Assembly (NCBI GenBank): GCA_037445695.1
Contig: JBBIKA010000003.1
Span: forward strand, 1 to 58,433
DNA from: Chloroflexota bacterium
GTDB taxonomy: Bacteria > Chloroflexota > Anaerolineae > CG2-30-64-16
Direction of reading: 5' to 3'
DNA: 58,433 nt
Every line of letters begins with the position of its first letter. Positions within the stretch are counted from its first letter, which is position 1. The notes below the pieces were generated by a model that had not been told where the DNA came from, did not search any database, and saw only the letters and a list, made by a program, of their open reading frames with translations. Shown here in pieces: positions 8,127-19,478 of the stretch. The position numbers and the translations under genes were made by a program.

Positions 8127-9941
8127 ATGAAGCGGGCCGGCCCCCTCGCCGGCAATGATGATAAACCGTCCATAGATTGGACAACGAAAGTGGGCATGTA
8201 TGTCGGCGAAAACCTTGTATCAGATCAGACGTTAGGGGCGCGTCGCATGTTTCTTTCCGACCGGACCGGCAAATTACGCGACACCAGGCCGCGTCAGCTC
8301 GCTTCTCTACGCGCGCAATTGGCGCAACTGCGTTATGTGCCGCGTGCGCTGCGCCTGGTGTGGGCGGCCGCGCCGGGCTGGACGGTTGCGTCGGTCGCTC
8401 TAGTGGCCGTGCAAGGCGTGTTGCCGGTCCTTACCGTCTATCTGACGCGCGAGGTCGTCAACGCGCTGGTGGCCGTGATCGGGGGCGCCGGGGGCGCGGC
8501 CGACCTGAGGTCGGCCGCGCTGATGGGAACGCTGTTCGGCCTGACGCTGCTGGCCGGCGAGCTGCTGGGCAGCGTGGCCGGCTATGTGCGCATCGCCCTG
8601 GCCGAACGGGTGCAAGACCACATGAACGGCCTGATCCACGCCCAGGCCGTGGCGCTGGATCTGAACTTCTACGAATCGCCCATCTACTACGATCAGCTTC
8701 AGCGCGCCAGCGTAGACGCCATTGACCGGCCGCTGGGCCTGCTGGATAGTTTGAGCAGCCTGTTGCAGAGCGCCATCACCCTGGCGGCCATGGCCGGCGT
8801 GCTGTTCACCTTCGCCTGGTGGCTGCCGCTGGTGCTGCTGGGGGGCACACTGCCCGCGCTCTGGGTGGCGCTGCGCACCACGCTGGCCTTTCACCGCTGG
8901 CGGTTAGCCAACACGATCAACCAGCGCCGGCTGATCTACTATCACCGCGGCCTCACCTCGCATCTGCTTGCCGCGGAGATTCGCCTCTTCAACCTGGGCG
9001 ACCATTTCCGTCAGGCGCATCACCGGCTGCGCGGCCGGCTGCGCGGCGAGCGCCTGGCCCTTGCGCGGGGGTAGATGCTGGCCCAGGCCGACGACCTCTT
9101 CGCCTTCCTCGACCTGCGACCGCAGCTTGCCGACCCGCCGCGGCCGACGCCCATGCCCAACGGCTTGCAGCGGGAGATCCGCTTGACCGACGTGACCTTC
9201 TGCTATCCCGACAGCAGCCGGCCCGCGCTGACCGACTTCAACTTGACCATTCCGGCCGGCCAGATCGTGGCAGTGGTAGGCGAGAACGGCGCAGGGAAGA
9301 GCACCTTGCTCAAGCTGCTCTGCCGCTTCTACGACCCGCAGGCCGGCGCGATCACCTGGGATGGCGTGGACCTGCGCGACCTGGCCCAGGCCGACCTGCG
9401 CCGGCGCATCACCGTGCTCTTCCAGCAGCCCGCGCCCTATCACGAGACCGCCTATGACAACATCGCCTTCGGGGACCTGGCGGCCCGGCCTGATCGGCCG
9501 CGCATCGAGCAGGCCGCAGCTGCCGCGGCCGCCGACGAGATCATCCGCTGCCTGCCCGAAGGCTACGACACGGTGCTGGGCCGCTGGTTCGGCCACACCG
9601 ATCTGAGCGTGGGCGAGTGGCAGCGCCTGGCGCTGGCCCGCGCCTTCGTGCGCCAGGCCGACCTGGTGATTCTGGACGAGCCGACCAGCGCTATGGACAG
9701 TTGGGCCGAGGCCGCGTGGATGGCTCGCTTTCGCGAGCTGGTGGCCGGCCGCACCGCGCTGATCATCACCCACCGCTTCACCACCGCCATGCAGGCGGAT
9801 GTGATCCATGTGATGCACGAGGGCCGCGTGGTGGAATCGGGCACGCACGCCGAACTGGTGGCCCTGGGCGGCCGCTACGCTGCGTCGTGGCGGCTGCAGA
9901 TGCGCGAAACGGGCGCAGCCGCACCGGTGGGCGCGAAATGA
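8127..9941 (+). pseudogene. Fused ABC exporter (TMD+NBD) with an in-frame TAG at 9072-9074 and apparently missing TM5-TM6
   Basis: ORFs 8127..9074 (TM1-TM4 plus ICL2, ending ...RGRLRGERLALARG*) and 9075..9941 (LFAFLDLRP..., Walker A GENGAGKST, LSVGEWQR signature, Walker B LVILDEPTS) are in the same frame. Only the TAG separates them. No hydrophobic TM5/TM6 segment lies between ICL2 and the NBD. Confidence 0.7.
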
Positions 9942-10049
9942 TCTGGCAGCTTCATTGCGCGCGGCGGCTGTTGCATCCTGGAACACCAAGTCCACCTGGC
10001 GCCGCTCCGGCGGGACGAAGCGATCTGGGGCCGCGACGCGCTCTATTAA

Positions 10050-10214
10050 AATTGTTGGCACGGTTGGCCGAGAGCAGCCAAATGTGTTATCATTTTCATA
10101 GACCTGGATCACCTCAAGAAGAACAAGCGCGCGGCCGGGAGATTGCAGGATCTGGCAGATCTGGCAAACCTGGGCGAGAACATCTATCCAGAAGATCAAC
10201 AGGCATTTCGTTGA
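10050..10214 (+). pseudogene. Start-less C-terminal remnant of a nucleotidyltransferase-like protein
   Basis: The open frame after TAA (10047-10049) reads ...VIIFIDLDHLKKNKRAAGRLQDLADLANLGENIYPEDQQAFR*. The L..NKRAAGR.QDL.DL motif recalls small nucleotidyltransferase/antitoxin-type proteins. GC is locally lower. Confidence 0.3.
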
Positions 10215-10376
10215 GGGCACGAATATCGGGACCGATGCTATGCGCCTGAATCCCATCTTCAAGCAGTACCTCAACGACCTGGCCGTGGATCGTTCGTGAG
10301 AGAAGGACGCCCGCGCAATGAGCAACGGCAAGCGCATCCCGCTCTCCATCCTTATCACATCAAGCAGGTAGACCCT

Positions 10377-12558
<2,182 letters not shown>

Positions 12559-12571
12559 GTGGGAGGAGCCG

Positions 12572-12766
12572 ATGGAACCGAAACTGACCATCAACGTGCG
12601 CCGCGTGGCCGAGGGGGCCGCTGTGCTGGCGGTCCACGGCGAGCTGACCCGGCTGGCCGAGAAGCCGTTGGATGCAGCCTACGCCGAGGCGATCGGCCTG
12701 GCCGCGCGCACGATCGTGCTCGACCTCAGCGGCCTGACCTTCATGAACAACAAAGGCATGCAGTAG
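12572..12766 (+). pseudogene. Truncated STAS-domain (anti-sigma-factor antagonist-like) gene
   Basis: MEPKLTINVRRVAEGAAVLAVHGELTRLAEKPLDAAYAEAIGLAARTIVLDLSGLTFMNNKGMQ*. The frame stops (TAG 12764-12766) where the conserved FM(D/N)SSG segment normally continues, at about 64 of roughly 110 aa. Confidence 0.5.
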
Positions 12767-13380
12767 GGCCGCTGCAAGGCTTCGGCCAGCTCTGGCCGAA
12801 GACCTTCCGCATCCGGCTCAAAGGCGCCGCGGTGACCCCGGCCGAGGTGATCGCCGAGTGGAAGGCCGAACTGCCGCGCTTCAAGCCGGCCGAGAACCGC
12901 TTCTATCCCTCACCGGGCGGCATCGCGCCGGGCGAGGTGGTGCTCATCAACGCCTGGACGCCCGGCGGGCCCATCGCCACCGGCGTCGTGGTGCTCTACG
13001 CCGACGGCGAGTCGTTCACCCTGATGACGCCCGAAGGCCATCCGGAGGCGGGCTGGGTGACCATGAACGCGTACATCGAGGATGGCGTCACCGTGGCGCA
13101 GGTGCAGGGGCTGGCGCGCGCCAGCGATCCCATCTACGAGCTGGCGTTCCGGGCCATGGGGTCACGGTTGCAAGACTATATCTGGGAGCACGTGCTGACC
13201 GAGCTGGCCGCGCATTTCGGGGTCAAAGGACAATCGGTGGAAGTGGATCGGCAACTGCTCGACCCGAAGGTGCAGTGGCGCCGCGCCGGCAACATCTGGC
13301 ACAACGCGCAGATCCGGACGATCCTGTATCAGCTCGCGGCGCCGGTGCAGTGGGTGAAGCGGCTGTTGAAGCGTGCTTGA
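12766..13380 (+). pseudogene. Conserved-looking hypothetical protein lacking a recognisable start (5'-truncated)
   Basis: GPLQGFGQLWPKTFRIRLKG...GEVVLINAWTPGGPIATGVVVLYADGESFTLMTPEGHPEAGWVTMNAYIEDGVTVAQVQGLAR... has non-artefactual composition. The frame upstream of about 12766 overlaps the STAS frame, and no Met/RBS precedes the conserved part. Confidence 0.4.
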
Positions 13381-13502
13381 TCAGGCAGGGTGAAATGCGC
13401 GGGCGAAGGAGTCTATCCTCGGCTTCCTCCTGACGAAGCTCTGCAAGACGCGTGCGGCAGGAAGACAGATGGATCGTTACCGTTCCTTTATCTGCGGCGA
13501 AC

Positions 13503-13531
13503 TTGTTGCACCACCTTACCGGCGCTATAAT
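13503..13531 (+). promoter_or_regulatory. Sigma-70-like promoter candidate TTGTTG-17 nt-TATAAT upstream of the toxin-antitoxin pair
   Basis: TTGTTG is at 13503-13508 and TATAAT at 13526-13531, about 100 nt upstream of ATG 13630. Downstream lie the perfect palindrome AGCGCATGCGCT (about 13550-13561) and an 8-1-8 imperfect inverted repeat ATAGCGCC-A-GGCGCCAT next to the RBS. Confidence 0.4.
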
Positions 13532-13629
13532 CAAAGATAGACAGGCCCTGAGCGCATGCGCTTTTCTCTCTCAGCAAGTTGCTTGTCAAAGATCTATAGC
13601 GCCAGGCGCCATATCCAGGGAGACCTAAC

Positions 13630-13863
13630 ATGAGCACAATAGAGATACTTGAGTCGGTGCAGTTTGTTGTGGCCCCTGACGGCCGGCCGGCAGCGGTGCA
13701 GATGAGCATGGAGACTTGGAAGAGCTTATTGGATTGGCTCGAAGATGTCGAGGATCGAGCAACGGTGAAGGCTCTTCTTCCCAGGTTGCGCGAAGGGCCA
13801 CACCGCAGCGGCGCTTTACGTTGGGATGATATCGAGAGCGAGTGGGATGCCTCGGCCGAGTAA
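13630..13863 (+). CDS. Type II antitoxin (Phd/YefM-like size and layout)
   Basis: 77-aa acidic protein whose stop overlaps the start of a RelE/ParE-like ORF by 17 nt. RBS-like AGGGAG lies upstream. Confidence 0.75.
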   Translation: MSTIEILESVQFVVAPDGRPAAVQMSMETWKSLLDWLEDVEDRATVKALLPRLREGPHRSGALRWDDIESEWDASAE

Positions 13864-14182
13864 ACCGCGATTGCGTTACGAGCTGCTCATCGAGCCAGAA
13901 GCACACAAGACTCGCGTCCAGTTGCCAGGACACATTTGGCAGCGGGTAAAACGCGCAATTGCCGACCTGGCCGTCACCCCGCGCCCGGCGGATAGCCGCG
14001 ATCTGGACGTTTCAGGGTTTGAAATCCCACCCGACATCGAGTTACGCTGGCTGCGCATAGGTCTCTGGCGCATCGTCTACGCTGTGAACGATGAGGATCG
14101 CTGGGTTTGGGTGTTGGCGGTCCATCGTCGGCCGCCCTATGATTACGAGGATTTGGCAGAGTTGACGGGCAGGCTGCGGTAA
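13847..14182 (+). CDS. RelE/ParE-family type II toxin
   Basis: 111-aa basic protein with the typical C-terminal core ...WRIVYAVNDEDRWVWVLAVHRRPPYDYEDL. ATG at 13847 lies inside the antitoxin 3' end. Confidence 0.8.
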   Translation: MPRPSKPRLRYELLIEPEAHKTRVQLPGHIWQRVKRAIADLAVTPRPADSRDLDVSGFEIPPDIELRWLRIGLWRIVYAVNDEDRWVWVLAVHRRPPYDYEDLAELTGRLR

Positions 14183-14206
14183 TCTGACCCAACGGGACGA
14201 CACGCC

Positions 14207-16420
14207 GTGCCACCCACCCAACCCTATGACGCTGTGATCGTCGGTGCCGGGCCGAATGGACTGGCCGCGGCCGTGACGCTGGCGCGCGCAGGCCGCTCGG
14301 TGCTCGTGATCGAGGCCGCGGCCACGGTCGGCGGGGGGACGCGCACGGTTGATTTCAGCGCCCTGGGCCTGGAGGTGACCCAGGGCATCCAGGACATGAA
14401 CAACAGCGTGCGGCTGGTGCAAGATCGGCGCACCTTTGCCCGGTTCCACGTCAGATCCGCGGCAGGCGACCACGGGCCGGTCAAGGCGCAGCTCAACCTC
14501 TATCGGGACGGCGCGTTCATCCAGGCGATCCTCCCCAGCAACCCCGGCGGCAGCATCACCGTGCGTCAGAATCCGGACCGGGGCCAGCTCGCCGACAGCT
14601 TCTACTTCGACCTGCCCACGTCCTGGCTGCACGGCGCGATCACCCTGGAGGCACGCTTGAGCACGACCAACTGGGCGCAGACCAACACGTCCAACGACAC
14701 CACCAGCGCGGCCGTCGCCTTCGAGTATGTGCCGCCCCTAGACGTGACGCTGGTGGACGTGGGCTACATCCTCAACGGAACCCTCTACACCGTGCCCTTT
14801 GCCGACAGGATGGCGCAGGTCTCGTAGCTGCGGCGCATCTACCCGGTCGCCAGTGTGAATCTCGTGGACGGCTGGGCCTGCTGCTTCACCGCCCAACTGA
14901 ACAGCAAGGGCGAAATGACCTATCCCGGCTGCGGCGATGTCAACGCGGCGCTGGCCTGGCACAAGGCCAACAACGCCTTCGGCACGGCCGTGCTCAAATG
15001 GTCGCGCACCTACGGCATGGTGAGCGACGCGGGCAAGTTCATGCGCGGCTGCGCCGTTGACATCCCCAGCACGGTCGCCTCGGGCCCCTCGTGGCCGAAC
15101 GGCGAATGGTACGGCAGCCACGAGCTGGGGCACACGCTCAACCAGGTTCACACCCGCGGCACGACCCCGGCGCCGTGCGGCACGTGCAGCAAAGACGAGT
15201 GCGGCCCGTGGAGCATGTGCGGCTGTGAAGGCGACGCCACCGATCACGGCCGCAACGGCGACATCAGCCTGACCAAAACGCCCTACGCCGGGACGACGTT
15301 CTACGGCTTCGATATCGAGACGCTGGCCATCTACCCGCCGGACTGGAAAGAGAACATGAGCTACTGTAACCCGGAGTGGATCTCGGATTACACCTACGAG
15401 AGCATCATGGATCGCATCCAGTGGGAGGGCGCGCACCTGGCCGCGGCCGAGATCAGCGCCCCGGCCGAACATCTGGCCGTGTTCGGCCGCATCATCACGG
15501 CGACGCAGCAGGTGACGCTGGAGACCTTCTACCGGCTGCCCCACACGACCGACCTGATCGGCCGCGAGCCGGGGCCGTACAGCATCCGGCTGTTGGCTGC
15601 GGGCGGCGCGCCATTGGCCGATGACCCCTTCACCCCGCGCTGGAGCCACCAGGACCCCGGGCCGGCCTGTGGGATCACCATGGCTACGGACGACAACCCG
15701 GCGCTCATCGCCGAATACGTGCCGTGGGTCCCTGGCACGGCGCGCGTCGCGATCGTCTACGGCAGCCAGGAGCTGGCCTCGCGCACGGTGAGCGCCCACG
15801 CGCCGACGGTCGCCCTGTTGACGCCCAACGGCGGGGGCGCGCTGACCGGCGAGAAGATGACAGTGCTGTGGTTGGCGACCGACGCGGACGGGGACGCGTT
15901 GGAGTTCAGCGTGGAATACAGCCTGGACGGCGGCGTGAGCTGGCGCATGGTGCAGAGCGGTTTGACCGCGACGCAAACGACCTTGTTGCTGGAGAGACTG
16001 GGCGGGACGACGCAAGGCAAATTCCGCGTGCTCGCCACCGACGGCGTGAACACGGCCGCGGATGCCTCCGACGGCGTCTTCAACGTGCCGGACAAGGCGC
16101 CGGTCGTGCAGCTCACGTCGCCGGCCGACGGCGCGCACTACATCGTCGGCCAGCCCGTGGCGCTCATCGGCCAGGCGCCGGATGTGGAAGACGGCGCGCT
16201 GGCCGGAGCTGCGCTCCGCTGGTCATCGAGCCTGAGCGGCGCGCTGGGCACGGGCCAGATGCTCCACATCACCGACCTGCCGCCCGGCCGCCACACCATC
16301 ATCCTGACCGCGTCGGACAGCGCGGGTCACCCGACCGCGGCCGGCGTCGCCATCCTGGTGACGGAGGAGCTGAACACGAGCCTGCACCTGCCGCTAGTGC
16401 TGCGCTCGGATCTGCCGTGA
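14207..16420 (+). pseudogene. Chimera: first ~47 codons of an FAD/NAD(P) oxidoreductase fused to a 5'-truncated secreted HExxH metalloprotease, with an in-frame TAG at 14825-14827
   Basis: [47 protein letters not shown] is a GxGxxG dinucleotide-binding start. From about 14348 the sequence switches to ...[18 protein letters not shown].... ORFs 14207..14827 and 14855..16420 share a frame (...[24 protein letters not shown]...). HELGHTL is present, and C-terminal Ig-like modules follow. Confidence 0.7.
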
Positions 16421-16496
16421 GGAGGGGGTCGTCAAGGTTCGTCTGACTTGCGCGGGACCGGCATTTGCGGCGGCAGCCCGCTGTTCATTCCTTGCG

Positions 16497-17000
16497 TCAG
16501 GCCTGCTCGCCGGCCGATTCGTCTTCCGGCTCGATGGGCGCGGGCACCAAGAGGGAGAGGAGACGCCCTTTGCTGGCGGCCGGTTCGCTCACCTCGACCT
16601 GTGCCACGCCAGCCTTGCGGATCGTCAGCCGGCCGCCGGTGAGACTGCGCACCACCTGGCCGAGATCGGGCCCGTGGCCCACCAGCAGCAGGCACTGCCG
16701 ATCGCCGTAGTCGTGCAAGATCTTGCCGAGCTGTTTGAGGCCAAAGCCCGGCAGCAGTCGGGAATCTACCCTGACCCTATCGCTCATGCCCAGACGCTCG
16801 GCGACGATGTGAGCGGTTTGCCGCGCCCGGCGATACGGACTGGTGAGGATCAGATCAGGGGTTACGTGTTGGCGGCCGAGCGTGGCCGCCACTTCCGCCA
16901 CCAACAGTTCTCCCGCGGCCGAAAGCGGCCGTTCCTCATCATCGCCGGCCCAATCCTCTTTCGATTCGGCCGGGCCATGCCGAAGGAAGAAAAGCTCCAT
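16497..17000 (-). CDS. sixA: Phosphohistidine phosphatase SixA (histidine phosphatase superfamily)
   Basis: MELFFLRHGPAE... (RHG catalytic motif) ...LILTSPYRRARQTA...LLLVGHGPDLG. The start was chosen at ATG 17000. The longer ORF to 17066 runs into a repeat element. Confidence 0.85.
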   Translation of the reverse strand: MELFFLRHGPAESKEDWAGDDEERPLSAAGELLVAEVAATLGRQHVTPDLILTSPYRRARQTAHIVAERLGMSDRVRVDSRLLPGFGLKQLGKILHDYGDRQCLLLVGHGPDLGQVVRSLTGGRLTIRKAGVAQVEVSEPAASKGRLLSLLVPAPIEPEDESAGEQA

Positions 17001-17043
17001 CTGAACACCTATGGCTTGCTCGTATAAAGAAGAGAAGTGTGAA

Positions 17044-17131
17044 GGCGGCAGCTTCGCCGCCCGCAAACCCCGTCCTCAGCACCCCCGCTCTCCCCTGAAA
17101 GGGGAGAGCGGGGGCCGGGGGGTGAGAGAGG
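17044..17131. repeat. Composite repeat: family-B element (GGCGGCAGCTTCGCCGCCCGCAAA) plus family-C hairpin (14-bp stem CCCCCGCTCTCCCC/GGGGAGAGCGGGGG) with GGGGGGTGAGAGAGG tail
   Basis: Perfect stem 17082-17095 / 17101-17114. The same two families are adjacent again at 20741-20842 and 58060-58425. Confidence 0.8.
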
Positions 17132-17242
17132 TAAGGCGGCCGAAAAGTAAATTCTTGGCTAACAAAGCAGCAGGTCATTACGCCCCTACCTGATATTACA
17201 ATACACCGATGGGCAGGCAGTGGGCATGACCTGGATCATGAT

Positions 17243-17896
17243 TTAACGATTCTTAACCGCGGCCTTGAGCAGGATACGTGCGAGGTCGTCCAGGGTTTGC
17301 GCCAGCGCCGCGCCGAAATCCTCGCCCTGCACCAGCTCGCCGATGCGCTTGTCGGCCGCCTTCCGTTCATCCTTGGTGAAGACCAGGTTGAGCAGCCGAC
17401 ATCCGCGCAACAGGCTCAACAGCACGAGCGTGCGCTGCTCGACACCGGCCGTCGTCAAGACCGCCCCGCGCAGCTTCTCCTTGATGCGATATTTGGCCGG
17501 CGCGCGCCAATCAGCCCCGGCCGCGGCCTCGATGGCCGGGCCATAACGACGATCTTCCTCGCGCAACGTGCCGCGCTCCACAAGCCGTCCGGCGACCTGT
17601 TTGGGCAACTTGCGAAAGCCCAGGGCATTGATCCAGTGCTTGAGCTTGAGCGGTTTATCCGCTTCCCGAATACGTTGCAGGGCCTGATCAAGCAGCTCGT
17701 CGCCCGTCGGTGCGGCATCGAGCAGCAGCACGCGAGAATTTTCGACCGCGAGCCGGCCCAGCAGGGCCAGGTCGGCCAGGAGCCCCGCGGCCAATGCGAA
17801 ACGCAGCGTGTCCAGGGCCGACGTCGTAATCCAGCCGCTTTCGTCGTCCAATGCCAGCAGGAACAATTCCTCGGCCAGGTTGAACATGGTCGCCAT
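17243..17896 (-). CDS. GPP34/GOLPH3-family protein
   Basis: MATMFNLAEELFLLALDDESGWI...LRFALAAGLLADLALLGRLAV... matches the bacterial GPP34 N-terminal pattern. The start is 2 nt after the phoU stop. The 479-aa ORF 17243..18682 is a read-through artefact. Confidence 0.8.
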   Translation of the reverse strand: MATMFNLAEELFLLALDDESGWITTSALDTLRFALAAGLLADLALLGRLAVENSRVLLLDAAPTGDELLDQALQRIREADKPLKLKHWINALGFRKLPKQVAGRLVERGTLREEDRRYGPAIEAAAGADWRAPAKYRIKEKLRGAVLTTAGVEQRTLVLLSLLRGCRLLNLVFTKDERKAADKRIGELVQGEDFGAALAQTLDDLARILLKAAVKNR

Positions 17897-17898
17897 CC

Positions 17899-18579
17899 TT
17901 AGAGGTTCAGCTCGATCAGTTCGCCCGTCACCGTGTAGATCACCCGCTCCGCGATGTTCGTCGCGCGATCGGCCACCCGCTCCAATTCGTGCGCCACACC
18001 GAGCAGGTGGGTGCCGGCGCCGATCCGCTGCGGATCTTCGACCATCTGCTTGACGATGGCGTTGAAGACGCGCTTGTACTGGGCATCGGCCTGGTCGTCG
18101 GTCCGGCAGATCGCTTCGGCCGCGGCGATATCGCGCTCGGCGAAGGCCCGCAGCGCCTGATCCAGCATCGTCAGGCTCAGTTCGCCCAGCGCGGGCACTT
18201 CGCCCAACGGCATGGGCCGCGGGTCCTCGATCATGCGCAGGTAGGTGCCGGCGATCTTCTTGCCGTGATCGGCGATCCGCTCCAGCTCGCCGGCGAGCGT
18301 GAGCGCGGCCACGATGATGCGCATGTCGCTCGCCACCGGCTGCTCGGTCACCAGCAGCGAATAGCACTCGAATTCGATGTCGTAACGCTGGCGATTGATC
18401 GCCACGTCGGCCGCGATGATCGCGCGCGCCAGATCGGCATCTTCGTGGATCAGCGCGGCCAAACCGTCGGCCACCGAACGCCGCGCCCGGCTGCCCAGCT
18501 CCAGCACCTGTTCCTGAAGGTTCGCCAGCGCCCGACTGAAGTGTGCACGTGTAGCAGCAACCATCTGCCCTCCCCTCAT
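17899..18579 (-). CDS. phoU: Phosphate signalling complex protein PhoU
   Basis: Two PhoU repeats (...[13 protein letters not shown]... and ...[16 protein letters not shown]...). The ATG overlaps the pstB TGA (ATGA). Confidence 0.9.
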   Translation of the reverse strand: MRGGQMVAATRAHFSRALANLQEQVLELGSRARRSVADGLAALIHEDADLARAIIAADVAINRQRYDIEFECYSLLVTEQPVASDMRIIVAALTLAGELERIADHGKKIAGTYLRMIEDPRPMPLGEVPALGELSLTMLDQALRAFAERDIAAAEAICRTDDQADAQYKRVFNAIVKQMVEDPQRIGAGTHLLGVAHELERVADRATNIAERVIYTVTGELIELNL

Positions 18580-19478
18580 CCGAAGCGGCCCGTGATGTAA
18601 TCCTCGGTGCGCCGATCGGCCGGCCGCGTGAAGACCTGGCGCGTGGGCCCATACTCGACCAACATGCCGGCCCGATCGGCATCCATCATCAAGAACGCCG
18701 TGTAGTCAGAAACGCGGGCGGCCTGTTGCATGTTGTGGGTCACGATGATGATGGTGTAGTCCCGGGCCAACTCGCGCATCAGCTCTTCGATCTTGAGGGT
18801 GGCAATGGGATCGAGGGCCGAGGCAGGTTCGTCCATCAGGATGATGTCGGGCCGGACTGCGATGGCTCGGGCAATGCACAGGCGCTGTTGCTGGCCGCCC
18901 GAAAGCGCCAGCGCGCTCTGGTGCAGCTTGTCCTTCACCTCGTCCCACAGCGCGGCCTGACGCAACGACCGCTCCACCAGCTCGGCCATGTTGCCGCGAT
19001 AGCCGTTGATGCGGGCGCCCCAGGCCACGTTTTCGTAGATGCTCTTGGGAAACGGATTGGGCTTCTGGAACACCATGCCGATCCGTCGGCGCACCTCCAC
19101 CGGATCCACATCCGCCGCGTAGATATCCTGGCCGTGATAGAGCACCGCGCCGGTGGTGCGCGCGGTCGGGATCAGATCGTTCATGCGGTTGAAGGCGCGC
19201 AGCAAGGTGCTCTTGCCGCACCCCGACGGTCCGATGAGCGCGGTGATCTTGTAGGGATGCACCTGCAAGTTGATGTCCTTCACCGCGCGGAAGTCGCCGT
19301 AGTACACGTTCAGATGCCGCGCTTCGATGGCCCAGGCCGATGCCGCGGCCGCGTGAGAGCCATTGGTGGGGACCGCCAGCTTTTGTGGAACAGATTCGTA
19401 GACGGTTGCGGGCCGCGGTTCACCTCTATCTCTGAGGAGCGGCCGGCCGGGCTTGGTGAGTTGAGAGATCGTAAACAT
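18576..19478 (-). CDS. pstB: Phosphate ABC transporter ATP-binding protein PstB
   Basis: GPSGCGKST Walker [15 protein letters not shown] signature, [12 protein letters not shown] Walker B, and the typical PstB C-terminus ...[10 protein letters not shown]. The start overlaps the pstA stop. Confidence 0.95.
   Translation of the reverse strand: MFTISQLTKPGRPLLRDRGEPRPATVYESVPQKLAVPTNGSHAAAASAWAIEARHLNVYYGDFRAVKDINLQVHPYKITALIGPSGCGKSTLLRAFNRMNDLIPTARTTGAVLYHGQDIYAADVDPVEVRRRIGMVFQKPNPFPKSIYENVAWGARINGYRGNMAELVERSLRQAALWDEVKDKLHQSALALSGGQQQRLCIARAIAVRPDIILMDEPASALDPIATLKIEELMRELARDYTIIIVTHNMQQAARVSDYTAFLMMDADRAGMLVEYGPTRQVFTRPADRRTEDYITGRFG

Noticed and set aside
17243-18682. 479-aa ORF spanning the GPP34 gene and running antisense or out of frame through phoU
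   Set aside because: Only the C-terminal 217 aa (from MATMFNL...) look like a real protein. The upstream part is Arg/Gly/Ala-rich and overlaps phoU, which has clear PhoU repeats in another frame.
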